Assembly (NCBI GenBank): GCA_951406725.2
Contig: OX597831.1
Span: forward strand, 38,254,001-38,318,000
DNA length: 64,000 nt
Direction: 5' to 3'
Origin: Octopus vulgaris
Taxonomy: Eukaryota
The notes beneath the pieces are model-generated. The model did not search any database, was not told the origin of the DNA, and worked only from the letters and a program-made list of their open reading frames with translations. Numbering within the stretch: the first letter of the stretch is position 1; each line of letters starts with the position of its first letter. Shown piece by piece: positions 29,127 to 43,115 of the stretch. The translations under genes were made by a program, and so were the position numbers.

Positions 29127-29346
29127 TATTTATATATACATATATATATATACATATATATATACATATATATATATATGTACATAAAAATGCGTGTGTG
29201 TGTAAGCCCAGCTCTCTTTGTGTGTATATATGTATATAAATATATATACATATAGGCATATATATATATTTACATATATAGATAGATAGATAGATAGATA
29301 TGTATATACCTATATGTATATATAAGTGTGTGTGTGTGTTTGTGCG

Positions 29347-29378
<32 letters not shown>

Positions 29379-29769
29379 TGTATGTATGCATACATGCATG
29401 CATGCATGTATGTATGTATGTATGTATTTATGTATGTATGTAGAAACGGTCAGATACGCACGTACATACAACGTCATCTCGTCTTCACCAACGAAAAATT
29501 TATGAATAGCACTTCTAAAAACGTCAGACATATATGACTATATTTTTTGAATTCTTAACAGCCAGATAATTGACATATATCAGATACTGTATACAATGTG
29601 CTATTGTTATCTTAATTTACACACAATACAGTAATTCTTCATGCTTTGTGTTCAAAATTTTCACCTGAACTATATTTCCTTAATCATGTATATACGTATC
29701 GGAAATAAATGTATATGCAGAAAACTACATATATTGATGTATAACAGACAGGAATGTAATAACATATAC

Positions 29770-29772
<3 letters not shown>

Positions 29773-29815
<43 letters not shown>

Positions 29816-29956
29816 CATATATATGCATGTATATATACTTACATATATATATTTATTATATATGAATATATATGCACATATATATAAGCAAATAAATGTA
29901 TGTATATATATACACACATACATATATATATATTTATATACATATATATACAAATA

Positions 29957-29998
<42 letters not shown>

Positions 29999-30082
29999 TA
30001 TTTATATATATATATATACATATGTATATATATACATATATATTTATATATATATATATATATACATATGTATATATATACA

Positions 30083-30144
<62 letters not shown>

Positions 30145-30145
30145 G

Positions 30146-30236
<91 letters not shown>

Positions 30237-30343
30237 GTATATATATACATACATATTTATATATATATATATACATATGTATATATATACATATATATTT
30301 ATATATATATATATATACATATGTATATATATACATATATATT

Positions 30344-30383
<40 letters not shown>

Positions 30384-30393
30384 CATATATATT

Positions 30394-30463
<70 letters not shown>

Positions 30464-30470
30464 TATATGT
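29773..30470. repeat. ~700-bp (TA)n array with recurring CATATG and ATTT variants
   Basis: Seen directly. Confidence 0.98.
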
Positions 30471-31130
30471 ATATGTGTGTTTCTATGTATGTATATATAT
30501 ATATACGTGTATGTGCATGTCTTTACATATAAATATAAATATTTATGTATATATGTATGTATGTATGTGTGTGTGTATATATGTATGCTTAGAGGTTTGT
30601 TGATGTGTGCGAAAGAAATTCTCTTTTTACTTTTACAATGAATAAAATTATATTTCAAAAACTAAAAGAAACATAAATGCCATTTCTACTTCATCAATCA
30701 TCATTTGTTCTCGTAATGTTAGTCCATCCATTTAAACTAAGACAGTTGCCTCCCCCTATTTCGTTATGGCTTTCGTATTCTCTCTTTCAATCTCTTCGTC
30801 TTTTTGATTTCTCATGTTATATTTATTATGTTTTTACTAGTAAGTGTGATCAGCTTAATAATTTCGTTTGTAAATTTTTATTCTAGTTAGTGAATTCTTT
30901 AAAAGCAGGATATTTCTAACGTTAACATTTAAGTGGTTTAAAAACATTTCGTTATGGCGATCTTAGTATTTTGCAGATATATTTTGGAATCCTGCTGACA
31001 CTATGTTCAATGTTGTCCATTTTTCTGGAGACGGAATTCTTTGGGCTAAGAATGATGGATACTTAATGGTTGCTATGAATTATTATACCTGTTTCATATG
31101 TATATGTGTGTGTCTGTATGCGTGTATGTA

Positions 31131-31187
<57 letters not shown>

Positions 31188-31217
31188 CAGTGTATCTGTG
31201 TATATACACCTTTTCTT

Positions 31218-31583
31218 TGTTTCGGTCATTTGACTGCGGCCATGCTGAAGCACTGCCTTTAGTCGAACAAATCGACCCCATGACTTCTTTGTAAGCCTAG
31301 TACTTATTCTATCGGTCGCTTTTGTCTAACCTCCACATTACGGGCATGTAATAACACCAGCATCGGTTGTCAAATGATAGTGGGGAGAAAACACCGTCGC
31401 GCACACACACACAAACATATATATATATATATATACGACGGGTTATTTCAGTTTCCATCAACCGAATACACTCACAGGGCTTTGGTCTGCTCGAAGCTAT
31501 AGAAGAAGAGACTGCCGAAGGTGCCACGCAGCCTAACTCAACTCGGAACTATGTGGTTGGAAAGCAAGCTTCTTACCATACAT
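31218..31583 (-). mobile_element. CORE-type tRNA SINE with CR1-type tail, copy 1
   Basis: Minus strand: tRNA-like head, CORE-like block TCTTCT.CTATAGC.TCG, internal (TA)/(TG), tail GGCAGTGCTTCAGCATGGCCGCAGTCAAATGAC. Confidence 0.85.
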
Positions 31584-31671
31584 AGTTAAATAGAATCAGA
31601 AGTGTACATATATATATATATAGGCACACGCACATACACAAACGCATACACAAACATACGCGCACGCAAGC

Positions 31672-31709
<38 letters not shown>

Positions 31710-31794
31710 GTATGTATAAGGTGTATGAGGTAGGTAGACAGATAGATATCAAGACATGCAGAAAATACATAAATATTATATCTACTCTTATAAT

Positions 31795-32110
31795 TGTTTC
31801 AGTCACTTGACTGCGACCACGCTGGAGCACCGCATTTAGTCGTGTAAATCGACCCCAGAACTAAATTTTTGTAAGTATGGTACTTATTCTATCGGTCTTG
31901 TTTGTCCCCCCATCATCGCTTGATGATGGGGGGACAAACAGAGACACACAAATATACATATATACGACGGACGTCTTTCAGTTTCCGTCTACCACCAAAT
32001 TCACTCGGTCCGAGGCTATAGTAGAAGGCACTTGCCCAGGGTACCACGTAGTGAAACTGAACACGGAACCTTGTGTTTGGTAATAAATCTACTTACCACA
32101 CAGTCATTCC

Positions 32111-32112
<2 letters not shown>
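31795..32112 (-). mobile_element. CORE-type tRNA SINE, copy 2 (extra isolated tail at 32184-32227)
   Basis: Colinear with 31218-31583; GGGCAAGTGCCTTCTACTATAGCCTCGG core. Confidence 0.85.
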
Positions 32113-32167
<55 letters not shown>

Positions 32168-32867
32168 TCTTTTAATCTTTTACTTCTTTCACTCATTTGA
32201 CTGCGGCCATGCTGGAGCACCGCCTTTTATATATATATGAGTGGAAGACATTTGATTGTAATAATTGGGTATATCATATTTTGTCATTTCAACTTATATT
32301 GCACACCTTTTTTCTATGTCATCGCCTCTCGATTTAACACCTTTTAAAGTACATCAGAAGTGATATTTCGATAAGATTCACACAGTTACGCAAAAGGAAT
32401 ATTAGTCAAATATAAATTTATTTCAGTGTTGTTCTTGTTATATCACTTGTAACTTGTCCGTAAACAATAACACCAAAAACTACATCGAAACACCATTTTC
32501 TTTGATTTCCCTTGAGAAAGCTACACCAGGTGTAAATCATATCTGTCCAGGTCATAGAGTTCATTTACTTTTGAAATTTTTATATACACTTTAGGCGTCA
32601 GTTAACGGGATTTTCCTGGGCAACGAGGATATCGTCCAAATGTGTGAATGGCCGCCATTATTTCTTAAAAGGAAATGAAAATCAGAAACAGTTATTAACG
32701 TATTTAAATGTATGAAAATAGTTCTCATGCCAAAATTCATTAATTTCAAATTCTACCGATATCAATTTTGACTTTCTAAGGTCGATAAAATAATATATAC
32801 CAGTGAAATAAACCGGTGAGTGGTATCGACTGATCTACTTTCCTCAAAATGTGCCTAAATCATCATC

Positions 32868-32905
32868 ATCAGTAGCAGCAGAGGCGGCAGCGGCGGTAGT
32901 AGTAT

Positions 32906-32942
<37 letters not shown>

Positions 32943-33025
32943 GGTGGTGGTGGTGGTGGTGGTGGTGGTGGTGGTTGTGGCGGCGGCGGCGGCGGTGGTG
33001 GTGGTGTTAGTAGTAGTAGTGGCGA

Positions 33026-33082
<57 letters not shown>

Positions 33083-33083
33083 C

Positions 33084-33115
<32 letters not shown>

Positions 33116-33123
33116 AGGTGGTG
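32868..33123. repeat. (GTA)n/(GTG)n/(GCG)n compound triplet repeat
   Basis: Seen directly; source of the poly-Val ORF. Confidence 0.97.
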
Positions 33124-33229
33124 TATTTTACTTCTGAGAGATCTCGATCTCATTTACTCGAGTTAATTCAGCAACCGCTTACCAAAGATTTCGCAAATTC
33201 TCTCAAGTTGTCTTTTCTCATATGATAAG

Positions 33230-33545
33230 AATTGGTTCCTAAATATTAAGTATCGTGGAAGATACTTGCCATCCAATACCATTCCCCAAATTCTTTGCTG
33301 TCCCCAGTAGGGTAGTTTTTTTCTTCTTTTTTTAATCATGTTCTACCCTCCTATCTATTCCAATTTCTCCAACGTATTTCTCCAACTTGGTTGTTAGTGC
33401 TCCGAGTACCTGGGATAACAGTTGTTATCTTCATTGCCCACTTTCTTGAAAATTTATCCTTTAGTAATTTGCATTTTTTCACATTTTCCAGCTCTTTGTC
33501 GCCTTCTCGTTCATCCTCAGCTATGACAATAAATATTATCATAGC
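33230..33545 (-). mobile_element. R4/Dong-type RLE fragment
   Basis: VIAEDEREGDKELEN..LLKDK..WAMK..VIP, LLGTA; similar to 21120-21690. Confidence 0.65.
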
Positions 33546-33568
33546 TTCCTTTTACTTTATTATTATTT

Positions 33569-33737
33569 CGGCTAGCTGGCAGAATCGTTAGCATGCCGGG
33601 CTAAATGCTTAGCAGTATCTCGTCTGCCGTTACGTTCTGAGTTCAAATTTCGCCGAGGTCGACTTTGCCTTTGATCCTTTCGGGATCGATAAATTATGTA
33701 CCAGCTACGCACTGGGGTCGATCGAATCGACTGGCCC
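33569..33737 (+). mobile_element. SINE-A lacking its tail
   Basis: Clear head and body; breaks off at GACTGGCCC. Confidence 0.9.
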
Positions 33738-33867
33738 GTGCTGAGAGAAAGCACGAACAAATTGCTGCAAAGCAGCACACAACAATCAAAACCTCACAAA
33801 AGCAACTCAACAGACAAAAGATACCAAGAAAAACTACTACACTCGCTCGAAGTGATTAGACTTTGGC

Positions 33868-35070
33868 CTCTGCTTTTTATTACCCATGCGGGCCAACATA
33901 GAGGGGATAGCACAACATGACCTGGGTCACATACAATGGTATAATAACATTTTACGAGTATAATGAAATCGAATGAGTTACAACAATAAATTACAATCAA
34001 TAAATTACAAACAACAAATTACAAACAACAAATTGCAGACAATAGTTTACACGATGAGGTGTTCGAAACAGCTATGCTCTGGTCCTACGGGCCCTGTCTT
34101 TAACACCGACTTCCTGTTAGTCCCACTGGCGTGCTCACGCAGGGCCTTTCACTCCTAACATGCGTGTTACACACGTCCACCTCTTTTCCAGCCCCACCTT
34201 CCTTTTCAAGTGAAAAGTGAATATTTTCACGAGGGTGAGGCCAGAGATGCAGGTGTGTGTCACGATACCTTTCATTCTCGACTTCCATATCACATCTTTC
34301 GCTATTGCTACTACCACGAGAAAGCAATTCTTACCTTTTTCCGTCAGGAAATCCGGCGGGTTAATTTTTACAATTGACTCAGCCGATGCCTGTGCTCTTC
34401 TCCCATCTGACAATAGACGTTCCGCATAAACCCACACTTCTGAAATACCGGGACACTGAACAATAGAGTGCAGGAAGGTTTCCACGCTCCACCTGCATCT
34501 TGGACTGGCCGTCAACTCAGGGTGGCCGTGTCTTGTGTGTTTATCCCGAACGGGTAGGGCTCTGCGGTAACACTGCCGGGCCAAAGACTTTTGGAAGTTA
34601 TCCAGTGTCATCGGTCCGAACATTCTTCGGAACAGGTTGTCTAACTGGTTATCATCGAGACCCAGGGTCCTTCGCAGGGCATCGTCATTTCCAGCCTCTA
34701 CCAACCTACTATAAAAAGCCACAGTGGTACCGAAACCGCTAGCTTTGCCCGAGCTGCGGGACTGGAGAAGCGCCTTGCGGCACTCCGTATACCAGGTACC
34801 CAACCTCGATCTTCGGCGAAACCAGTCTTCTCTACCACTAAAACTAGTAAAGCTGGGGAAAATCCGTCTAGCAAGCCGAGACCACATCCGTTCACCATCT
34901 AGGCAGAGCCAGAGATGCCTCAACCTCAGCGCATGCTTGCGCATCAACAACCAAGGCATCCCTAACCCACCCTTTAACGGCTTTTGGCAACAGATAGAAC
35001 GTCTTTCAAGTGGAGCGGAGTTCTTCCACAAAAAGCGTAAGATCTGCCTCTACGAACTGGTTAGACTTTG
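33868..35070 (-). mobile_element. Tx1/L1-type LINE, 5'-truncated ORF2 C-terminus (zf-RVT region) plus 3' UTR
   Basis: 298-aa ORF 34135-35031 with KPLKGGLGMP, RRALPVRDK and PRC..VETFLHSIVQCP..W; T-rich 3' UTR ending GGGTAATAAAAA. Confidence 0.9.
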
Positions 35071-35423
35071 GCATCGAGCGTTACAGGACAAGGATTCTAG
35101 AAGATTTTTCCAGTGTTACTTAATTTTTGAGAGTGGTCCGGTTCATTTTTTACTATTCTCGTTTGTAAGATCAGTCGAGTTTATTACAGATATTCTCATT
35201 TTAAAAACATCTACGGCTAATCGTTGAGAGAACGCTGGTGTTACCTTGGCAGTGGTGTGCGCTCTTTCAGTGCTTTGTTTATATTAACACCATTATCATT
35301 TCTTACTAAATAAAATATTTTCTGTAATTCTCAAATCATATTTAAAAAACATGGGTTAGGAATTCTGTGGTTTCATTTTGTGAGAAGAACATGTGATATT
35401 TCATTATTTACTCACTTATCAAA

Positions 35424-35775
35424 GGCGGCGAGCTGGTAGAAACGTTAGCGCGCTGGACGAAATGCTTAGCCGTATTTCGCCTGCTGCTACGTTCTGAGTT
35501 CAAATTCCGCCGAGGTCGACTTTGCCTTTCATCCTTTCGGTGTCGATTAAACAAGTTACGCACTGGGGTCGATATAAACGACTTAATCCGATTGTCCTTG
35601 TTTGTCCGTTCTGTGTTTAGCACCTTGTGTGTTGTAAAGAAATAGGTATTTCGTCCGTCGCTACGTTGTGAGTTCAATTTCCGGCGAGGTCTCTGTTACC
35701 TTTCACCGTTTAGGGGTTGATAAAATAAGTACCTCTTCTCCCAAATTTGCTACCTGTGTGGCAAAATTTGAAATC
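35424..35775 (+). mobile_element. SINE-A dimer (type 2-tailed unit followed by a headless type 1'-tailed unit)
   Basis: Junction AAAGAAATAG|GTATTTCGTC at 35645/35646. Confidence 0.9.
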
Positions 35776-36574
35776 ATTGTTTACTTAATTATGACAAGGT
35801 AATTTTATAACAGTCTTCAGAATCTCTCTGACAAGATTAATAAATAGAACACGTATGTTATAAGTCCGACGAAATAAAAATTTCATCTTCATAGAATGCT
35901 AAATAAAATTTTAAAATTTCTGCAGTAATCAGACTAAAATAGCAAAAGCCGCGCATTTTTGAGTGTTCTCAATTGTTAGCCAAATTAAAGAATCCTTATA
36001 AAAAGAATACTGTGAAATTAGGAGAGAGGCGATGCGAAGAGTTGCTGAATCACAAAAGTGGAATATTTAATTTCCAAAAATGTCATTATATTAGCAATCA
36101 ACAGAATTTAATTATCGACAAGTAACCTTTCCTGGAAAATTGATGCCAGTATGACTAGTTTTTTTTTTCTATATTACCATAATTTTTCATGCAAAATATA
36201 AAATGAGGAAGAGTTATGTTTACGAAATCTATATGTTTGTATGTTTTTTTAAGTAAATGTTTTCACTACTGGAAAAAATATGTGTTCTGATAAATCCTCG
36301 ACAACGAAATTGAAGTAAAACAGCTTCACCAGCAAGCCTTGCTGTCATGTTGAGCGTTTAAACCGCATAGCAACACGTTGTGATTGTAATATTTAATTTT
36401 AGAACTCGACATTAATATTAACAGCAACAACCATAATGATAACATTACTACTACTACTACTACTACTACTACTAATAATAATAATAATAATAATAATAAC
36501 TTCATTTATTTACCAGAAAGGCGAAGGATGAGGAGACAATACAATGACATATAATGTGTGGGGGTTTAATGATA

Positions 36575-36605
<31 letters not shown>

Positions 36606-37213
36606 TAGGAAAGTGTGAAACGTAATTTTGTAAATTAAATTTCAAAAAACTACACATTAATGAGTCGAATATGCATACACACACATAAACACACACACAC
36701 ATACAGACGCGCGCTCGCGCTCGTATGCATACTCCAATCATAAGCTGTAGTAAGAGTCGTTGTCAGGTTTCTCAACCAACATTGATCATCTAACGGTTTT
36801 CTATTCATAAAATTCGAATTTGAAAGAAGTGATTTTCATTCAAACTAAAGGTGTGTGTTAACTGACTGCGGTTCTTTAAATTTTTTCTTGAAAAATGGAT
36901 GGATGAAACTGCATCAGAACTATAGTAGCGAAGTGACAGAATCCTTAAAGAGTCAAATAGAGTGCCTGTCAGCAATCACTTCGATACTTTGAGTTCAAAT
37001 CCTATTGAATTTAACTTTGCTTTTTAGACTCTATTCAGAGCCAATTTCAGTAAATTTCGGAACAGAGGTTTAGTAGAAGGTAGAGATCGTCGGAGAGAAA
37101 GTCTTTCCCGTATTTGCCCCGGTCTATCATATTTTGATTTCAAATCCTAAATTCATACTTTTAATCCTTTACCACGATAAAAATTACTACATGGTACTAA
37201 CAGGAAGTTAGTA

Positions 37214-37444
37214 GGCGGCGAGCTGGCAGAAACGTTAGCACGCCGGGCGAAATGCTTAGCAGTATTTCGTCTGCGTTACGTTGTGAGTTCAAATTCCGCC
37301 GAGGTCGACTTTGCCTTTCATCCTTTCGGGGTCGATAAATTAAGTATCAGTTACGCACTGGGGTCGATGTAATCGACTTCATACCTATGTCTGTCCTTGT
37401 TTGTCCCCTCTGTGTTTAGCCCCTTGTGGATAATAAAGAAATAG
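37214..37444 (+). mobile_element. SINE-A monomer, tail type 2, with TSD
   Basis: GGTACTAACAGGAAGT duplicated at 37193-37208 and 37444-37459. Confidence 0.95.
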
Positions 37445-38825
37445 GTACTAACAGGAAGTAGCGAGAACCACCTCTTCTACACGTCCCGTCTAGGAAGCTC
37501 TGTAAAAGATCTGGGGCACTGACTCCTCTCTCTCGAGTAAAAATTGAATATATTGAAGATAAAATAAAATGTTTGAAAGTTTTCTAAATCAGATATTAAA
37601 CCGCAATATTTCCTAACAAGAACCATTGCTTATAACAAGCAGTTTTAGAACCATAAATTATATTTTTAATATTTGGGAGCCTAAAGTGTATAAGTTTTTT
37701 ATATTTTTTTTTTACGCATCTCTTATATAGGGATAATCGATAAAGGAATTGAGAGTTAAGAAGTTAATATTCAGTAATGCTGAAAACTGACATAAATTTA
37801 GCAGAAAATATGTTGGTGTGGCCGGGTGCTTCAGAAAATTTCAGGTTGGTCGAGTAAAAGAAGAAACAAATGGAAAAAAGTCTTGCATACGTTGAAAATT
37901 TAAGAGTTAAACTAAATGAATTTAATCTTACGATGTAAAACTGAAAATATGAAGAAAAAATAAAATCATTCTATGTCAAAAATAAATAGGAAATTAATGT
38001 GAAGACAAATTAATTTCCTGTAAAAATCATGTTTCCAGAAAGTCGTTATTGAATTTGTCATATTTCTCTTACTCGAAAGACACCAGTCATTGTAAGCTTG
38101 TCTCCTTGAATACGTTCTTACTGAACAAGTTTCACACAACATAGAGAAGACACTCCTGGATCACTATAATAGTTAGTTCATCGAACGAAGTATCTTCAGC
38201 ATTAAGATCTAACTCTGAATTTGTCATTAATTTTTATCAGTTCGATTCCTAAAAAAATAACAGTGAAATGTCTTTTATTAAATCAATATATTTTGGTCAG
38301 AACACAGATAAAACGCAACTAGAGAATCTAAAACTTTAAAAATGAAATAATGACATTTTAAAGTTCTAAAACAAGAAACACATGTAAGACTTTAAAATAT
38401 GCCTAGATAAAATAAATCCAATTAGTGTGTAAACTGTGTTCCTATACGGATCATTCCATATACAATAGCTCTGGAGAATCAGCGTATGTCATAATGAAGC
38501 ACTTGAAATTCTTGCATCAATCATGTGCGACTAGTGTCAATTTAGCCAACGTTTTAAAAGCCTCCAACTTGACATATCTACTGGATTTCAACAAACCAGC
38601 GTAACTTTCAGAAAAGTTATTATTGGTAAATAATGTAATTTGATGTCTTCATTCAATAGAAAAACAAACACACTCATAGAGAGTACCCGTAGACATATAT
38701 GTATGTATGTATGTATGTATATGTGCGGTATAGGTGAATATGCATATATTTATGTATACAAATATATATATAAATATATATACATAATGTAATGTTGCAT
38801 GTATGTATATATATATTAATGCTGG

Positions 38826-38887
<62 letters not shown>

Positions 38888-38942
38888 TATATTGTTACAA
38901 TTTGCACCTTCTGCGATGGGTATTAAATTTGAATTCAGGTCT

Positions 38943-39137
38943 ACATCGGTTCTTCAAGGAAGCGTTTTATTGCATTGTTAACGCAAATCAAAAGCAGTAA
39001 CCGTACGTCGAACTATACACAGAGATAGACTAATATATCATTGCGTGACACCATAGGCAAGTATCTTCTACTATAGTCTCGGACCGATCACAGACTTGTG
39101 AATGAATTTGGTAGACGGAAACTGAAAGTAATGTGTC

Positions 39138-39194
<57 letters not shown>

Positions 39195-39303
39195 AATTTT
39201 GAATACATACACACGTAGTTACACACAGCAGGTTTTACAATAGTCGTATATGTACATATAAATCATCGGCTGTTGTAACACATACACACCTCATACATAC
39301 ATG

Positions 39304-39341
<38 letters not shown>

Positions 39342-39535
39342 GGTATATATATAACGGGAGCGTTTTATGAAAATAAATCAAAAGCAGTAACCGTACGTCG
39401 AACTATACACAGAGATAGACAATTATATCATTATGACGCTCAGGAACATAAATAAGGCAAGTCTTCTACTATAGTCTCGGACCTCACGACTCTTGAAACA
39501 GAAAGAAAGTAATCTGTCATATACATACATACATA
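38943..39535. repeat. Tandem duplication (~390-bp period) containing a CORE-SINE fragment
   Basis: Identical 46-mer at 38985-39030 and 39375-39420, each followed by TCTTCTACTATAGTCTCGGACC. Confidence 0.9.
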
Positions 39536-39541
39536 CATATA

Positions 39542-39645
<104 letters not shown>

Positions 39646-40250
39646 ACGAAGCCTATCATATATATGAAGGCGAAATTTGAACTCAGAACGTAAAGACGAA
39701 GAAAGTGCTGCCAACGTTTTGCGCGTCGCACGTTGATACTTCTGTTATAGCGCCTTTCGTTCTCGCTTCTCTCACTCTTTTATTTTCTCTCTCTTTCTCT
39801 CTTCCTGTCTTTCTCCCTGTGCGTGTGCATATATATATATATAATATATATACACATACGTGTGTGTCTCTCTCTCTATATATATACATGCATAAACACA
39901 TACCGACCTACATATACATATAGATGTATGTGTGCGTTTGCACGCACGTGTGTGTCAGTGTGTGAGTGTTTGTGTGTGTGCCTGCATGCGTGTTTTCATC
40001 GAAAGATAATGTTTTATTAAAACTATGAATCATAAAATAATATATACTAAACATCTATACGTAAGTGTATGGGAGTAGGCAAATACACCAAAGAACAAAC
40101 GAAACATAAATATATAAATTTAAAAAATTATATATATCTATATGCGTGTGTATATATATACATATATATATCAATATATATATACATATAAATATGCATA
40201 TATATACATATACATACATATATACATATAAATACATATATACATACACA

Positions 40251-40294
<44 letters not shown>

Positions 40295-41084
40295 TAGACA
40301 CACACATATATGCATATATACATATATATGCACATAGATGCATACACTCACTTCTAAATGGATAAATAGATTTACGATTGCGTTCGTTGACATAGTGAAT
40401 ACAATTGATTTTGGTGATATTGAAACAAAATATAATTTCATTTCTGCAAGGTAAGTAAATAGCGGTGCATTGTTCTCAGAGCAGACATTTTTCAAAAAGG
40501 ACGTTGGATTTCCAAACACAATAGAATAATGATGGTAGATCTGTATAATGAATTGCTTTGCTGTGTAGCGATGGGCGGGGACTGTTATTGGAGCGTTTTG
40601 GCGTTTTTATACAATTGTTATTCTGGTTTTAGGTTGTGATGGTGGTGATGAATTTGATTGTAGTTGTAGTGGTGGTGGTGGTGGTGGTCGCGGTTGTGAT
40701 GGTAGGGCTTGCTTTCTTGAGTTTTTGCTGTTCCTGTTTTTTTCTTTTTTTTTCGCTCTAGGTGACTCTTATTCAAGCAGAACAATTATGAAAACCATTC
40801 TTGTTGAGGTTATTTTGAATTAGCCCCGGGAACCTGGTGCGTCATTGTACAAATCTTCCTTTAGAAAACAGAAAGTGCCTAGTCTCAGATTTAAAGGAAA
40901 TTTTTGTTGGTATTTTTATCATTTTGAGGGAACACGTACAGACTCCTGCTGATAAAGGTGACGGCACTAATTTTTTCTGTAATGGTGAAGGCACTAATTT
41001 GTATGGATTTCTGTCCCTGATTTGTTTGCCCTTGTCGTCGTTCCTAATGCTGTTTTTCCCCATATGATATCTAATGAAGCAAGC

Positions 41085-41290
41085 CTACAATGATAAAATG
41101 CTTCCATATTGTGACCACCACAAGGGAGACCAAAATGACCGACTATCAAAAATTGTTATTAATGGCTGCACTGCAATTCTTAGTGCTGGTGTGTCTCTGA
41201 GCAGAATACCTGGAGTCCATGAAACCGCCGATGTAGTTCTTATTTCTATTTCTATATGCCCAGGGTTTTTTTGCGCGACTAGTGGCATAT
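41085..41290 (-). mobile_element. Possible decayed LINE RT N-terminal fragment
   Basis: SAVSWTPGILLRDTPALRIAVQPLITIF resembles RT domain 0 (SAPGPDGIP..LL....PL..IF); weak. Confidence 0.3.
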
Positions 41291-41819
41291 GTAGTATATT
41301 CGAAATTGTACTCTAATATAATTCTTGGACCTTTATGTGCCTCTATATGTTTGGAAGTGATTTTCACGTTTGTGTGTAGCAATATAATGGCGTCGAGTAA
41401 TGCTGCAGTAATAAAGTCCCTTTCACATCTACAGCTTGTTATTTCCTTTTAGTATTTTCTTCGTTGTATACATGATATGCAAATGTAAACTGAGTAAAAA
41501 GGTTGTACGTAGCTATGTGTTTTGTGATAGATTTTATTTTAATTTTTCAATAACTTTTATTGTGTACGTTCCGTATATGTTTGCCTTACGTGCAAACTCT
41601 GGTGACAATTCCTTTTGCTCTTTTGTATGCTGTGTTGTGAGTTTTGTTAATTACTTTCGTCTTATAAGTGCTATACGTGTTGCCAGTGTAAAACCTGATA
41701 TGTCAAGTGTTATGTTGTATATTTTGTAGTGTACTTCGTTCATTTTATCCTATTTTCGTTCGTCATATGCTGTACTTCGTATTGAGTTACATTGTTCACA
41801 ACGCTTTGGTTTCTTTACT

Positions 41820-42460
41820 GTGTTTTATGAATGTAGCAAGCGTCTTGGGTGTGACGTACTGTAGTATTTGTGTCTATTGCACGTATATAGAGTCGAGAAG
41901 CAAAACAGTCGAAATGTGGCGTTCTGTATTCCGTTTGTTTCCCAACTATGAATTTTATCTACATATTTGTTTGTTCCTCTTGATAAAATTCCAACTGCTC
42001 CAATGGAAGTAGGTAATGATGTTACTTTGAGATTCCACGGTCTTCCGATATCTATTTCCAAGTCTATATATTGAGTTGTTTCCTGAAACGGTTTCAACGA
42101 TTTGACTTATTTTTTATATTTCTACTCTTCAGCTGAGGTTCCAACCTCAGTCGAAAGGCAACAAACTTTCAATATGATTTTTTATATCTCCTCAATCAGC
42201 TTGACTTTCCTGATCTGTCTAAGCAATAAAATTCCAAAGGAAAGTAACGTTAGCCTTCTGAGCTATTTGTGGTGTTTTGTCTTGCCTCAATTATTTACAT
42301 GAAGGAGGTTGTATAGGCCGTATATTGATCAGTGTATATATTGCCCTGCCATATCTGGCAAGTACTCTTTTGGTGCCAGCCGACCACACACAGAGATCAT
42401 TTGGTGTTTTCCGCATACGCGGCACGATTGATTAATTTCATGTTTCAGAACATTTCACTG
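41820..42460 (-). mobile_element. R4/Dong-type LINE CCHC/RLE fragment
   Basis: CRACGK..LAPKEYL, YIDLEIDIGRPWNLKVTSLP..IGAVG. Confidence 0.75.
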
Positions 42461-42516
42461 GTAATTCCTAATTGGTAGATACTAATCTCGAGTAGTCACA
42501 CTATACATCTTGAGAC

Positions 42517-42748
42517 CTATTTCTTTACTACCCACAAGGGGCTAAACGCAGAGAGGACAAACAAGGACAGACAAATGGATTAAGTCGATTATATCGACCT
42601 CAGTGCGTAACTGGTACTCATTTAATCGACCCAGAAAGGATGAAAGGCAAAGTCGACCTAGGCGGAATTTGAACTCAGAATGTGAAGACAGATGAAATAC
42701 CGCTAAGCATTCCGTCCGGCGTGCTAACGATTCTGCCAGCTCGCCGCC
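42517..42748 (-). mobile_element. SINE-A monomer, tail type 2, with TSD
   Basis: TTGAGACC on both sides (42510-42517 and 42749-42756). Confidence 0.93.
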
Positions 42749-43054
42749 TTGAGACCAGGGTATGTAAATCACTAATAGGCGAAGGTTTGCGCCACATCAA
42801 GGTTCGTGACGCCAATCGGCTATTTTGCAATGCAATACCTTTTGCTGCCATTTCACCTTAGTGTACTGGAAGCTGGTTTGTTTAGCTGTGTTTTTATTTG
42901 TTTACCCTATCCTTTAGCTACACATTTCCTTTTGTTACTTGTTAGTCTAACTGCTTTTCTAAAAGGTACATGATTGCAGATTCCTTCACTAATAGAAACC
43001 GTTTACTGCTACTGCTACTACAACTACAACTACAACTACTACTACTACTACTAC

Positions 43055-43114
<60 letters not shown>

Positions 43115-43115
<1 letters not shown>

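Noticed and set aside
30977-31090. Possible host exon after a TTTTGCAG acceptor (IYFGILLTLCSMLSIF or IFWNPADTMFNVVHF)
   Set aside because: No convincing donor, no recognisable domain and no partner exons; needs RNA-seq.
34135-35031. 298-aa ORF as a host gene
   Set aside because: It is a 5'-truncated Tx1/L1 ORF2 C-terminus with degenerate zinc ligands and an element 3' UTR.
40370-40450. Possible exon ending at a strong donor AAG|GTAAGT (FTIAFVDIVNTIDFGDIETKYNFISA)
   Set aside because: No polypyrimidine acceptor and no homology recognised; such donors occur by chance in 64 kb.
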